Positions 1 through 9,944 are shown, counted from the first letter of the stretch. The stretch is 43,880 nt of DNA from Parcubacteria group bacterium (GCA_002687175.1 NYZP01000010.1:1-43880); one strand, 5' to 3'. Notes: a model not told the origin generated them from the letters alone. Numbers and translations are program-made.

Positions 1-220
1 AGTTAAACGTGACTTACCAAATATAATCATGGAACAACTCCAAGAATTTCTGATCGGCAACGGTATTTCCGGATTGGCATTTATATCAGAAAGTGAATCG
101 TTTGGCACGAGCCGCGAGGTCTGGTTTGTCTGGGATGGAAATTTATTTCAGATTAGTACTTATATAGAGTCGCAAGATTTACTGCAAGAAATACTACGAA
201 CCTGGAGATTTAAAAATTAA
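1..220 (+). CDS. hypothetical protein, 5'-truncated by window edge
   Basis: Frame of ORF 29..220 is open back to position 2 (VKRDLPNIIMEQ...); ends LRTWRFKN*. Confidence 0.7.
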   Translation, partial: VKRDLPNIIMEQLQEFLIGNGISGLAFISESESFGTSREVWFVWDGNLFQISTYIESQDLLQEILRTWRFKN

Positions 221-270
221 AATCCTTCTACTTGTCATTACGAGTCCTGCAGAGATGCCCATGACTACTC

Positions 271-383
271 TGTCATCCCCGCGAAAGCGGGGATCCAGTT
301 TAAATCACTATTATGGATTCCCTCTAGAGTTTATCCCGCACTTGATGCGGGACGGGAATGACAATAGTAATGCGGGAATGACA
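271..383. repeat. REP-like palindromic element (GTCATCCCCGCGAAAGCGGGGATCCA ... TGGATTCCC ... CGGGAATGACA type)
   Basis: Hairpin ATCCCCGC-GAAA-GCGGGGAT in 271-298, inverted partner TGGATTCCC at 314, nested hairpin TCCCGCA-CTTGA-TGCGGGA, two CGGGAATGACA ends (353-363, 373-383). Confidence 0.75.
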
Positions 384-472
384 AATTCAACAATCTTGCT
401 AAAAACAACTCTATCTGTTAATATAAATGAGTTCTAATCACTCAAAATTAATTACTAACCAATACAAAAACT

Positions 473-2449
473 ATGTTGCCAATTGAACTATGGACCGGGG
501 TTGTTGCCCTCATCGGTTTAGCCTTTGCCGCCTACTTAGCGACTAATTTAAAAAAACAAAAAGTTGTTGATCAAAAAGCTAAAGAAATTTCAGATCACAT
601 CCACGATGGTGCAATGACTTTTTTAAACAAAGAATATAAGATTTTAGTAATTTTTGTAATCGTTGTTGCTGTTTTAATTTTACTGGCACCAGCCTTAAGC
701 TGGAAAACTGCGATTACCTTTGTCATTGGTGCGGCTTTTTCTATTGCCGCTGGTAACATTGGCATGCGCGTTGCCACCATGGCCAACGTTAGAACAGCTG
801 AAGCGGCCAAAAAAGATTTATCCAGTGGCCTAGAAGTTGCTTTCTCTTCCGGTAGCGTTATGGGTTTAACAGTGGTTGGGCTTGGCCTACTTGGCGTAAG
901 TGTTTTATATACTATCTTTAAAGATCCTCAAATTATTTATGGCTTTGGATTTGGTGCCTCTTCGGTGGCTTTATTCGCCCGGGTTGGTGGCGGAATTTAT
1001 ACTAAGGCAGCTGACGTCGGGGCTGATCTGGTTGGAAAAGTTGAAGCTGGTATTCCCGAAGACGATCCCCGAAACCCGGCCACTATTGCTGACAATGTTG
1101 GTGACAATGTTGGTGATGTCGCTGGCATGGGAGCCGACTTGTTTGAAAGTTATGTTGATTCAATTATTGCCGCCATGGCTCTGGGTATCTTAGGAGTAGC
1201 CACTTTTGGCGAACAAGCTGTTATTCTACCGTTAGTGTTAGCCGCGGTTGGTATTGTCTCAGCTATTTTGGGTAATTTTGTAGTTAAATTTTTTAAAAAA
1301 AGCAGTCCCCATAAAGTTCTTAATTGGGGCATTTGGTCAGCCTCTGGCTTTACCGCCATTGGCGCCTTTCCCGCCATTTATTACACCATTGGTCATATGG
1401 GAGTTTACTACTCGCTGTTGACCGGTTTAGTGGCAGGAATTGTTATTGGTTTAGTAACTGAGTATTATACTTCCGATAAAAGAAAGCCAGCCCAAGAAGT
1501 GGCCAAGGCTTCCGAGAGCGGGCCAGCCACTAATATTATTGCGGGCTTTGCTTTAGGGTTAATGAGTACTGTCGTGCCTGTCTTGGTTGTGTCAGCAGCC
1601 ATATTTTTGTCATCACAGTTTGCTGGACTGTTTGGTATTGCTATTGCCGCGGTTGGCATGTTAGCTACTTTAGGTATTACCTTAGCCGCTGACACCTATG
1701 GTCCTGTGGCTGATAACGCCGCCGGGATTGCGGAAATGGCGGGGATGGGACAGGAAGCCAGGGAACGAGCTGAGGAGCTGGACGCTGTAGGAAATACTAC
1801 TGCCGCTATTGGTAAAGGTTTTGCCATTGGCTCGGCAGCGCTTACTGCTTTGGTACTGTTGGTCAGTTTTGGTCAAGCAGTTAATTTAGAAATAGTTAAT
1901 CTTTTAGATTCAAATGTTTTAATTGGTTTATTCCTTGGGGCTTTGCTACCAGCCGTGTTTTCTGCATTATCCATGAAAGCCGTTGGTAAAGCGGCCTTTG
2001 AAATGGTTCAGGAAGTTCGACGACAGTTTAAAGAAATTCCCGGCATTATGGAAGGCACCGGTAAACCAGACTATAAGAAATGTATTGATATTTCAACTGC
2101 TGCTGCTTTAAAAAGAATGATTGCTCCTGGTTTGTTGGCGGTATCAGCCCCAATAATTGTTGGGTTAATTTTAGGAGCACCGGCTTTGATTGGTATGTTA
2201 TCTGGCTCGCTGGTGACCGGATTTTTATTAGCCGTTATTATGGCCAATGCCGGTGGTGCCTGGGACAATGCTAAAAAATATATTGAAGCCGGCAACTTAG
2301 GTGGCAAGGGTTCAGAGGCCCACAAAGCGGCCGTAGCTGGTGACACCGTTGGTGATCCCTTTAAAGATACTTCTGGTCCAGCCTTAAATATTCTGATCAA
2401 GTTGATGACTATTGTTTCGTTAGTTATCGCACCTCTGCTAGTACTATAA
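473..2449 (+). CDS. hppA: membrane-integral ion-translocating pyrophosphatase, K+-dependent, probably Na+-pumping
   Basis: Motifs [35 protein letters not shown] (Ala = K+-dependent), [22 protein letters not shown]; many TM helices. Confidence 0.97.
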   Translation: MLPIELWTGVVALIGLAFAAYLATNLKKQKVVDQKAKEISDHIHDGAMTFLNKEYKILVIFVIVVAVLILLAPALSWKTAITFVIGAAFSIAAGNIGMRVATMANVRTAEAAKKDLSSGLEVAFSSGSVMGLTVVGLGLLGVSVLYTIFKDPQIIYGFGFGASSVALFARVGGGIYTKAADVGADLVGKVEAGIPEDDPRNPATIADNVGDNVGDVAGMGADLFESYVDSIIAAMALGILGVATFGEQAVILPLVLAAVGIVSAILGNFVVKFFKKSSPHKVLNWGIWSASGFTAIGAFPAIYYTIGHMGVYYSLLTGLVAGIVIGLVTEYYTSDKRKPAQEVAKASESGPATNIIAGFALGLMSTVVPVLVVSAAIFLSSQFAGLFGIAIAAVGMLATLGITLAADTYGPVADNAAGIAEMAGMGQEARERAEELDAVGNTTAAIGKGFAIGSAALTALVLLVSFGQAVNLEIVNLLDSNVLIGLFLGALLPAVFSALSMKAVGKAAFEMVQEVRRQFKEIPGIMEGTGKPDYKKCIDISTAAALKRMIAPGLLAVSAPIIVGLILGAPALIGMLSGSLVTGFLLAVIMANAGGAWDNAKKYIEAGNLGGKGSEAHKAAVAGDTVGDPFKDTSGPALNILIKLMTIVSLVIAPLLVL

Positions 2450-2461
2450 ATTTATTTAATT

Positions 2462-2551
2462 AAACCGCCCCAAATATGAACTGGGCCCCGTTTAGTAGAC
2501 ACTTTTCGTGTCCACTTTTTGGGTCCCAGTTCAATACTGGGGCGGTTTTTT
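2462..2551 (+). terminator. intrinsic terminator of hppA with an insertion in its loop
   Basis: AAACCGCCCCA ... TGGGGCGGTTTTTT flanking the 57-bp element. Confidence 0.8.
2477..2533. mobile_element. minimal MITE / IS3-family end pair
   Basis: 26-bp imperfect terminal inverted repeats (20/26 match) with TG...CA ends, 5-bp spacer, flanked by ATA direct repeats. Confidence 0.7.
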
Positions 2552-2581
2552 GATTGATCACGTCGCTCGCGAGCGACGTGA

Positions 2582-2610
2582 TTGACATTACATTAATAAT
2601 TAACTATGAT
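2582..2610 (+). promoter_or_regulatory. sigma70-type promoter
   Basis: TTGACA-17 nt-TATGAT. Confidence 0.75.
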
Positions 2611-2651
2611 AATTGTGTTCATTGATTCTTAACAAAGCAGGAGGGCAGGAC

Positions 2652-3323
2652 ATGAAAACCATTCTGAAACATTGGCACTTGTTGGCTTTGTCTGGCGCCG
2701 GCCTGATGTCAATTATTGGAATTGTCGTTGTCGTTTTTTCCAGTATTCTTGAACCATTTGATGAGTTTGTGAGTGCTCAAAAAATCGCTGATCCAAAACC
2801 GGACACTGCGCCTGTAGTGGAAACCACCTCGATTAAGTACGAAACTGATATTCCGGTAACTTCTGTACCAGCCTACTACAAGTTCAATTCGGGCATTCCG
2901 GTTTTACGAAACAACGGTTTGATTCTGGAAATATCGATTACTGAATTATTCGATAATGGATCAATCAAGCAATTAAAGTCAAAATTCCTGGAGGGGACTG
3001 ACTTTAGTAGTTTCACCGATGTTCAAAGAAGGGTTATTGAACAGGCCAAGGAAAATGCCACTCATTTATTTAAGTTTAACTACGAGTGGATCCGAATCCA
3101 AACAATCGTCGATCCGACAAGACGTCAGCAGGAAACTGATATTTTAGTTGAAGGAATTCTCACCGCCCTTAGATATGGTGACATATCAAATACGTCCGTT
3201 GAAAACCTCATTGATAACCTCGAGCTGTTAGTTCGAGACAAGCTCCTTCAAATAAATTTTGACAACTATGATCAACCACCCGCTCGGCTCACTGAGCGGT
3301 TTTTTTTATTAAAAAATAAATGA
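2652..3323 (+). CDS. hypothetical protein with N-terminal membrane anchor
   Basis: ATG 2652 preceded by AGGAGG; hydrophobic N-terminus; last codons read through a terminator hairpin (3280-3307). Confidence 0.75.
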   Translation: MKTILKHWHLLALSGAGLMSIIGIVVVVFSSILEPFDEFVSAQKIADPKPDTAPVVETTSIKYETDIPVTSVPAYYKFNSGIPVLRNNGLILEISITELFDNGSIKQLKSKFLEGTDFSSFTDVQRRVIEQAKENATHLFKFNYEWIRIQTIVDPTRRQQETDILVEGILTALRYGDISNTSVENLIDNLELLVRDKLLQINFDNYDQPPARLTERFFLLKNK

Positions 3324-3350
3324 CTATTGTTTCACTTAGAATTGCGCCTC
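3320..3350 (+). pseudogene. degenerate duplicate of the hppA 3' end
   Basis: ATGACTATTGTTTC identical to 2405-2418; translates MTIVSLRIAP versus [10 protein letters not shown]. Confidence 0.65.
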
Positions 3351-3446
3351 ATTGTTATTATTATGATACTGTATTATATTTTTATTATTGACAAGAAAAA
3401 TTACAAGTATTAAAATAAATTTAATTTAATAGTTAATCTAAAAATT

Positions 3447-4037
3447 ATGTCAGAAACAATAACACCACCAGAGACTGCAAAAGAAGCACAAGAATCTCGT
3501 CATCAGTGGGTTAGTGATTATCATGAAAACGGCTACATGTGGGAACACTGGAACAAAATAGCAGACGAAGCAAAAGGTGCCGAAAAAGATGAGGCTATTC
3601 AAAAAGCGCTTGAATATAAAGAAAAGAAGGAAAAAGCTTGGTCAGAATGGCATGACAAGGGCGTCGCTGATCCTGATATTTTAAATGAATATGATCCGGA
3701 TCTTATGCAGAAGGATGAGAAGGGGGAAATTTTACAAATAAAAGTCAGCACTAATAAAGATAATCTAGGTACTAGAAGTCTTCTTACTCCAGAGGCAATA
3801 CGTCAATATCCGGGATTAGCAATGCGTGAATTGGATAGCCGCAACACTGCCCTAGCCAGAGATGAATTGAACGGTGGCGATGGAGGCCAAGCTGGGGTAG
3901 ATAGGGAAAAATTATTAGACTATTATCTAGAAGCTGGATTAACTCCAGAACAAGTCCAGGCAGCAGAAGAATTTTGGGGCAAGGGTGTATCAAAAACTGA
4001 CCATGTCAAGACTAACAGGCATTTAGGAAAAAATTAA
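3447..4037 (+). CDS. hypothetical acidic protein
   Basis: 196-aa ORF with upstream TTGACA..TAAAAT; no family recognised. Confidence 0.75.
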   Translation: MSETITPPETAKEAQESRHQWVSDYHENGYMWEHWNKIADEAKGAEKDEAIQKALEYKEKKEKAWSEWHDKGVADPDILNEYDPDLMQKDEKGEILQIKVSTNKDNLGTRSLLTPEAIRQYPGLAMRELDSRNTALARDELNGGDGGQAGVDREKLLDYYLEAGLTPEQVQAAEEFWGKGVSKTDHVKTNRHLGKN

Positions 4038-4110
4038 AAAATAAATTTAAATTAAAAAATCGTTGAGAAATATTCTTGGCGGTTTTTTTATTAAAAAAAC
4101 TCCCCAGTAT

Positions 4111-4833
4111 TTACCAGAGAGCGTCCCACATGCCTTGCCAGGCTTGGGGTAATTGCTTAAAGAGCCGATGTTTCCAGTCCGGCCACCGGTTGGAGTCTTC
4201 ACCAGCCATGGCACTAACGTTAATTGATAACGTTTGTACATTCAGGCCAAGTCGAACTGCTTTAACCAGAAGCCAAGTAGCAATCTGCCAATTAATGCGA
4301 CCATATTGACTGATCATTGGCATCATCTTCTGTAAAGCTTCAACCGTAAAAGCCTTGGGGCCAAATTGCCAGTCACCAATCTTTCGCATCATTACTGACT
4401 GTAAAATATTGGTGATGGTTTCCGGTAGCCAACGGCTAATCGGAAAATGAAATGTTGATCGCCAATTACGGGCTAAAGCAACGGCATCTGCTCCTTGTAC
4501 TAAAACTTTCACCAGCTGCAATAATTCATCAGTCACCTGATACTTATCACCTTCGGTGTAGATGATGATGTCAGCACCTGATGCGATACCGGCTAACCAG
4601 CATTGTTTGATTTGTCCACCAATACCGGCCGCTCCGTCTGCTTCGATAACCTCAACCCCTAATTCCTTAACTGATCCTTCCAAATTTTCCTGAAGATTCA
4701 GTCGACCACAGCGATTAACGGTTATTACTTGATGACCAGTGGCGGCAAACGACTCAAGAGCTTTTAACACCCTGGAGAGTTCGCCTAAGTCACGGACCAT
4801 GGTTGGCGTGACTATGACAACTTTTTTCTCCAA
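4111..4833 (-). CDS. divergent GT-A fold (GT2-like) glycosyltransferase
   Basis: VVIVTPT start, ADIIIYTEGD in place of DxD, DWQFGPKAF resembling GT2 D-x-Q-C-G-F-K; TTG start at 4833 after AAGGAG. Confidence 0.6.
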   Translation of the reverse strand: MEKKVVIVTPTMVRDLGELSRVLKALESFAATGHQVITVNRCGRLNLQENLEGSVKELGVEVIEADGAAGIGGQIKQCWLAGIASGADIIIYTEGDKYQVTDELLQLVKVLVQGADAVALARNWRSTFHFPISRWLPETITNILQSVMMRKIGDWQFGPKAFTVEALQKMMPMISQYGRINWQIATWLLVKAVRLGLNVQTLSINVSAMAGEDSNRWPDWKHRLFKQLPQAWQGMWDALW

Positions 4834-5005
4834 GGTTCTTCTCCTTATATTTAAATGTACTTCACAAATACCCAATAAAGCTTTATAGCATAAATACAGT
4901 TAACTGTCAAGTCTACTAAGTTAAATTTATTGACAACAAAAAAATAATCATCTACCATAACACCATTGTAAATATTCAATCTGCACATTAACTGGAGGGA
5001 AAATT

Positions 5006-5302
5006 ATGAGTACAGCAACGCTGCCTTTTGACAAAGATTTCTGGGTTCTCAAGGGACCACGTGGAGGTACTATTGGATACCAGCTGCGGACTGGGGCAAT
5101 TTTCCAGTTTGGAATAGGCTGGTTACAGCCGCCCAAACCTAAAAAGTCTGCTTATGATAGCTTGGTTCCTGCCAGGGCTCCTGACGGCGAATGCTATAAC
5201 TGTGGACATTGGCCCAATGAGACCAGATTTAAAAAACTGAATGGCCAGGCCGAGGAAGTTGTCATCTGCAGTAGATGCAGTACCATGATGCGACCATTCT
5301 AA
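5006..5302 (+). CDS. small protein with zinc-ribbon-like C-terminus
   Basis: GGAGG SD; CYNC...CSRC; terminator follows. Confidence 0.65.
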   Translation: MSTATLPFDKDFWVLKGPRGGTIGYQLRTGAIFQFGIGWLQPPKPKKSAYDSLVPARAPDGECYNCGHWPNETRFKKLNGQAEEVVICSRCSTMMRPF

Positions 5303-5414
5303 AAGATCATCCCCTCGTCCTGAACCCAGTTCAAGACGAGTTTTTCTTTAGAATTGACTTATAAGTAATTATTTGATAGACTAAAGAAACATTTTTTATT
5401 AATTATCAGAAACT

Positions 5415-6701
5415 ATGAAGGTAGAAACTAAAAAATTAGAACGCGGAGAAGTTGAATTAAATATTGAATTAACGGTTGAAGAATATCAACCCTTTTTGGA
5501 AATTGCTGCTAAAAAGATTTCCGAGACCAGCAAAGTTCCGGGATTTCGACCAGGTAAAGCTGGTTTTGAAATTATTAAACAAAAGGTTGGTGAAGGCCAA
5601 ATTTGGCAGGAAGCTCTGGAACCAGCAGTCCAAAAAACATTTTTAAAAGCCCTTGATGAACAAAAATTAGTAACTGTTGGTTCCCCGCAGATCGATGTGG
5701 TTAAATTAGCACCAGGCAACCCAGTAGCCTATAAAGTCAAGATCAGTTTACTACCAAATGTTGAACTTGGTGATTATTCCAAAATTAAAGTTACTAAAAA
5801 AGAAACTGTTATTAGTGACGAGCAGCTACAAAAAGTGTTGTCTGATTTACAAAAAAGACACGCTAAGGAAACTTTAACTGATAAAAAAATTGCCGTTGGT
5901 AATAAAGCCGAAATAGACTTTGAAATATTTTTAGATAAGGTTCCTATTGATAATGGAAAACAACAAAAATTCCCACTAGTTATTGGTGAAAAAACTTTTA
6001 TCCCGGGGTTCGAAGAAAAAATTATTGGCTTAGGTAAAGATGATACTAAAGAGTTTCAACTTGAATTCCCCAAAGAATACCATCAAAAAAACTTAGCTGG
6101 TAAATTGGCCGACTTTAAAGTTAAAGTAATTGCTGTTTATGATCTTCAAATACCAGAGTTAAATGATGACTTGGCTAAAAGCTTAGGAGATTTTAAAAAC
6201 CTCCAAGAACTAAAAGACAAAATAAAAGAAAATTTAACTGCCGAAACAAAAGCTAAAGAAGATCAAAAATTTGAGGAAGAAATAATTGATAAAATTATTG
6301 GAGAAAGTACTTTTGATGACATCCCTAACATCTTAGTTGATTCAGAAACTAAAAAAATGGTTGAGGAACTGGAACACAATTTATCCCATCAAGGTATAAA
6401 ATTTGAAGACTATTTAGGACACATCAAAAAGAAACGAGAAGATCTACTGTTGGACTTTGCCCCGCAAGCTATCAAGCGAGTTAAGAGCGCTTTGATTATG
6501 AGAAAGGTTGGTAAAACAGAAAATATCAAGTTAGAAGAGGCGGAGATTGATTTAGAAATTAAAAAAACTTTAGAAGCTTATGCTGGTAATGCTGAGGCGG
6601 AAAAAAATCTGAAACAACCAGCTTACCGCGATTACCTCAAAAATATTCTAACTGCTCGTAAGGTGATGGAGCACCTTAAAGCAACCATGGCTCAATCTTA
6701 A
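5415..6701 (+). CDS. tig: trigger factor
   Basis: VPGFRPGKA ribosome-binding motif, FIPGFEE FKBP domain, 428 aa. Confidence 0.97.
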   Translation: MKVETKKLERGEVELNIELTVEEYQPFLEIAAKKISETSKVPGFRPGKAGFEIIKQKVGEGQIWQEALEPAVQKTFLKALDEQKLVTVGSPQIDVVKLAPGNPVAYKVKISLLPNVELGDYSKIKVTKKETVISDEQLQKVLSDLQKRHAKETLTDKKIAVGNKAEIDFEIFLDKVPIDNGKQQKFPLVIGEKTFIPGFEEKIIGLGKDDTKEFQLEFPKEYHQKNLAGKLADFKVKVIAVYDLQIPELNDDLAKSLGDFKNLQELKDKIKENLTAETKAKEDQKFEEEIIDKIIGESTFDDIPNILVDSETKKMVEELEHNLSHQGIKFEDYLGHIKKKREDLLLDFAPQAIKRVKSALIMRKVGKTENIKLEEAEIDLEIKKTLEAYAGNAEAEKNLKQPAYRDYLKNILTARKVMEHLKATMAQS

Positions 6702-6714
6702 AAAAAATAAAAAT

Positions 6715-7554
6715 ATGAAATTTGGTACCCATGTATCAATTGCTGGTGGGGTGTTTAATGCACCGGAAAATGCCAAGCAAGTTGGTTGTGAAACTTTTCA
6801 AATGTTTACTCGGTCTCCGCGTGGCGGCGCTGCTCCTGAATTAACTCCCGAGATTGTTAAACAGTTTAAAAATAATTGTCAAGAACATGGTTTTAAAAAC
6901 TACTATGTTCACGCCCCCTATTACGTTAACTTAGCATCGGACAATCCAAAAATCGCTAAATCATCAATCAGAATTATTAGGGAGGAGTTGGAACGAAGTT
7001 CTAAACTTGATGTTAAAGCATTAATGATTCACGTTGGTAGTGCTCGTGACCAGGATCGAGATCAAGCTTTAACCAAAGCGATAACTGGGATAACTCAAAT
7101 TTTAAAAGGCTATACTGGTTCAACTCAATTTCTAATTGAAATTGCCGCTGGTTCGGGCAATGTTATTGGTGACACTTTCGAAGAAGTCAACCAGATGATT
7201 TCCGCAGTTCAGCCAAAAGTAAAAACCCCAATTGGGGTTTGTTTTGATACGGCTCATGCTTTTGCCTCGGGCTATGATCTTAGAACCAAAAAAGACGTTG
7301 AGACTACATTTGAAAAATTTAATAAAATTGTAGGCCTTAAAAAATTAGTGTTAATTCATGGTAATGATTCCAAAGTTGATTTTGACAGTCATGTTGATCG
7401 ACACTGGCACATTGGTAAAGGTAAAATAGGAACCGAAGGTTTTAAGGCTATAATCAATCACCCTAAACTAAGAAAAATAGACATGATTTTGGAAACTCCA
7501 GATGTTGACATGGATAAAAAAAATCTAAAAACTGTCAGGGACATGCAAAAATAA
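6715..7554 (+). CDS. nfo: endonuclease IV
   Basis: GTHVSIAGG, HAPYYVNLAS, CFDTAHAF, HGNDSK, DRH, ILETP. Confidence 0.96.
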   Translation: MKFGTHVSIAGGVFNAPENAKQVGCETFQMFTRSPRGGAAPELTPEIVKQFKNNCQEHGFKNYYVHAPYYVNLASDNPKIAKSSIRIIREELERSSKLDVKALMIHVGSARDQDRDQALTKAITGITQILKGYTGSTQFLIEIAAGSGNVIGDTFEEVNQMISAVQPKVKTPIGVCFDTAHAFASGYDLRTKKDVETTFEKFNKIVGLKKLVLIHGNDSKVDFDSHVDRHWHIGKGKIGTEGFKAIINHPKLRKIDMILETPDVDMDKKNLKTVRDMQK

Positions 7555-7555
7555 T

Positions 7556-8056
7556 ATGAAATTTGCCATCATCTCTGATTCACATGACAATGTTCCTAAT
7601 ATTGATAAAGCTTTAGCTCATATAAAAAAGCAGAATATTAAGACCATTGTTCATTGTGGTGATGTTTGCGCTCCCGGCGTAATGAAATATATCGCCGAAC
7701 AATATAATGGTGAAATACATTTAACTTATGGGAACGTTGACGGTGACCGTGAACTGATGGAAGAGCTGGCCGCTGATTTAGACAACATGACCATCCATGG
7801 TGAAGTTGGCAAAATTGAACTGGGAGGCAAAAAAATTGTTTGGAATCATTATCCCGAAGAAGCCAAAGATTTAGCCAAGGAAGGTAAATATGATTTATCT
7901 TTTTATGGTCATACTCACCAACCTTGGGAAGAAAAAATTGGTAATACTCTGGTGCTAAATCCCGGCACTTTGGCAGGACTTTTTGCCAAGGCTACCTTTG
8001 CCATTTATGATACTGCTGAAGACAAGGCTGAATTAATTATTCTCGAAAAAATTTAA
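7556..8056 (+). CDS. YfcE/MJ0936-family metallophosphoesterase
   Basis: SDSHDN, HCGD, GNVD, GHTH, NPG motifs. Confidence 0.92.
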   Translation: MKFAIISDSHDNVPNIDKALAHIKKQNIKTIVHCGDVCAPGVMKYIAEQYNGEIHLTYGNVDGDRELMEELAADLDNMTIHGEVGKIELGGKKIVWNHYPEEAKDLAKEGKYDLSFYGHTHQPWEEKIGNTLVLNPGTLAGLFAKATFAIYDTAEDKAELIILEKI

Positions 8057-8057
8057 T

Positions 8058-8090
8058 AAAAAACGGTTCAAAATTGAACCGTGTTTGTTT
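8058..8090. terminator. probable bidirectional terminator
   Basis: AAAAAACGGTTCAA-AA-TTGAACCGTGTTTG between convergent genes. Confidence 0.65.
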
Positions 8091-8105
8091 TACTAAAATT
8101 TCTGT

Positions 8106-9188
8106 TCAAAGATCAGTCGGAGAAAATTGATCAAGAAAATCAACTATAATCTGCCAATTTTCGGCTGACCACAACTCTTGGTTGCTACTTTGTCGAAAGA
8201 ACAAATCAAGACCATGTCCTGAATCAACCGTTTCCAGTTGTGAAAAAGCGCCAACCTCACGAAGAGCCAAATCAAGAGCATTCCCCTGTTCGGGTGGTAC
8301 CAATTGGTCCAACTCTCCTTGGAGGATTAAAATTGGTGGGTACTCTGTACCAGCTTGATTGATCATCACATGATACAGGGGCGACATTAATCTAAGTTCT
8401 TCTAGTGATAGACCAAGGCTGCTGTCTTGAGACGATATGACTGCCATCATTACTTGGAGTAATAAGCTTCGTAAACTAACTAATCGTTCAAACAATACAG
8501 TCGTCTCACCGGCTTGATCTGGAGAGTTAAGTATTGATACCATGTCCGTTGGTGCGGCCAAAAGGACAGCACAAGCAATTTGATCACGTGATACTTCTTC
8601 GTTAACTTCAGTTGACAATAAACCGGCTAGATGCCCGCCAGCGGAGTGACCACCAATTGCTACGCCATTTTCTATTTGGAGATCGTACCGTTCAACCACC
8701 GCGGGATTGAGAACCCAACTTAGGGCCAAGCGACAATCCTCAATCATTGCTGGCCAAGAATCAACAGGTGCTAAACGATAGTTAATCACAAAAACGACAT
8801 AACCCTTTTCCGCTAAATCTCTGGCGTCAGGTTCAAAGCTACTTTTATCACCACCTATCAAAGCACCGCCATGAATTAGAATAATCGGCGGACCAGGTCT
8901 GGTGTAATAAACATCGGCCACTAATTCCTTGCTCGAAAAAAAATCTGAATCCCTGATAGAACTAACCACCTCGTCGGTGATGTTCAAAATCCACGCTATA
9001 ACTTCATCTGTAGATTCTTCTTGCTTCAATTCCTCCTTCAACAACTTGGCTTCTACTTCAAGTTGATCTGCCAATTGCTGCAGCCCTTTGTTGTACAGAG
9101 TATCTTGAACTGTCTCTGACAAGTCGATTTCTACGAACTCGTCGTACCGAACGTTTCTTTCAATGGTGTAATTACTTGTCTGGGACAC
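8106..9188 (-). CDS. alpha/beta hydrolase (HSL-like esterase/lipase); signal peptide lies in another frame from 9250
   Basis: HGGA oxyanion motif, INYRLAP, GHSAGG nucleophile elbow, QGELD, GHG. Confidence 0.9.
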   Translation of the reverse strand: MSQTSNYTIERNVRYDEFVEIDLSETVQDTLYNKGLQQLADQLEVEAKLLKEELKQEESTDEVIAWILNITDEVVSSIRDSDFFSSKELVADVYYTRPGPPIILIHGGALIGGDKSSFEPDARDLAEKGYVVFVINYRLAPVDSWPAMIEDCRLALSWVLNPAVVERYDLQIENGVAIGGHSAGGHLAGLLSTEVNEEVSRDQIACAVLLAAPTDMVSILNSPDQAGETTVLFERLVSLRSLLLQVMMAVISSQDSSLGLSLEELRLMSPLYHVMINQAGTEYPPILILQGELDQLVPPEQGNALDLALREVGAFSQLETVDSGHGLDLFFRQSSNQELWSAENWQIIVDFLDQFSPTDL

Positions 9189-9417
9189 CCTAAACTAAAA
9201 AGAAGCAGGGCCGGAAAGATTAACAGTTGAACTGGTAACTTTTTTCTCATTTTCCCTCTCCTTCTCTAGGTTTGGCTATCAACCAATTTATTTAAAATGT
9301 ACAACAACAATTTAATAAAACTTAACAAAAAAAACTTTTTTAGTCAATTAAAAAAATGATCCAAATTTACAAATAGAAAAATGGCTCCGTCTTTAACAGA
9401 CAGAGCCAGATGCAATA

Positions 9418-9720
9418 TTATTGTGCGGGTCTTTTGATAACAGTTGGCTGCATTGCCTCGGCTACTTCTTCAGGCAGTAGGTTAACTGTAACGGCAGCGC
9501 CAGTTTTGGATTCCCGGCGAGCTTGCCTTTGAGCAAATTCAATTTCAATTTGATCAACTTCTCTTCCTACCTTTGCACCGGTTTTCTGATCTTCTTTGGA
9601 AATCAGATAGCGTGGATTTTTAGAGTCACCCATGGTAGCAATGATTACCCAGCCTGAGTCCAGCTTGTGAGTCTTGTTTCTGACGATTGGTACAACATCA
9701 TCCAGTTTAAATCGCCACAT
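9418..9720 (-). CDS. hypothetical protein
   Basis: ATG with AAGGAG SD; downstream hairpin near 9383-9408. Confidence 0.6.
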   Translation of the reverse strand: MWRFKLDDVVPIVRNKTHKLDSGWVIIATMGDSKNPRYLISKEDQKTGAKVGREVDQIEIEFAQRQARRESKTGAAVTVNLLPEEVAEAMQPTVIKRPAQ

Positions 9721-9944
9721 ATTGCTTCTCCTTGGACCACTTTTTGACTGAATTCCGCTTTTCAGCCAGAATTTAAACTACAATTTATAACTTGCATAAC
9801 TATCACAAATGAACTATGATGGTTAATACGTCAGCCTACCACAGAAAATCAAAAAAAGTCAATCAAAGTTAAAAGTCAAAAATAAATAAAAGTAAATAAA
9901 ATCGCTAATTCAAGCGGTTTTTTGGTTTTTTAAATTACACAATC

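Noticed and set aside
255-437. 60-aa ORF MPMTTLSSPRKRGSS...
   Set aside because: It is a translation of the REP-like palindrome, with no coding features.
595-2400. Several antisense or alternate-frame ORFs inside hppA (likewise inside tig, rSAM, rpe, ribD, tsaD and the protease)
   Set aside because: Shadows of well-supported genes, with no motifs or initiation signals.
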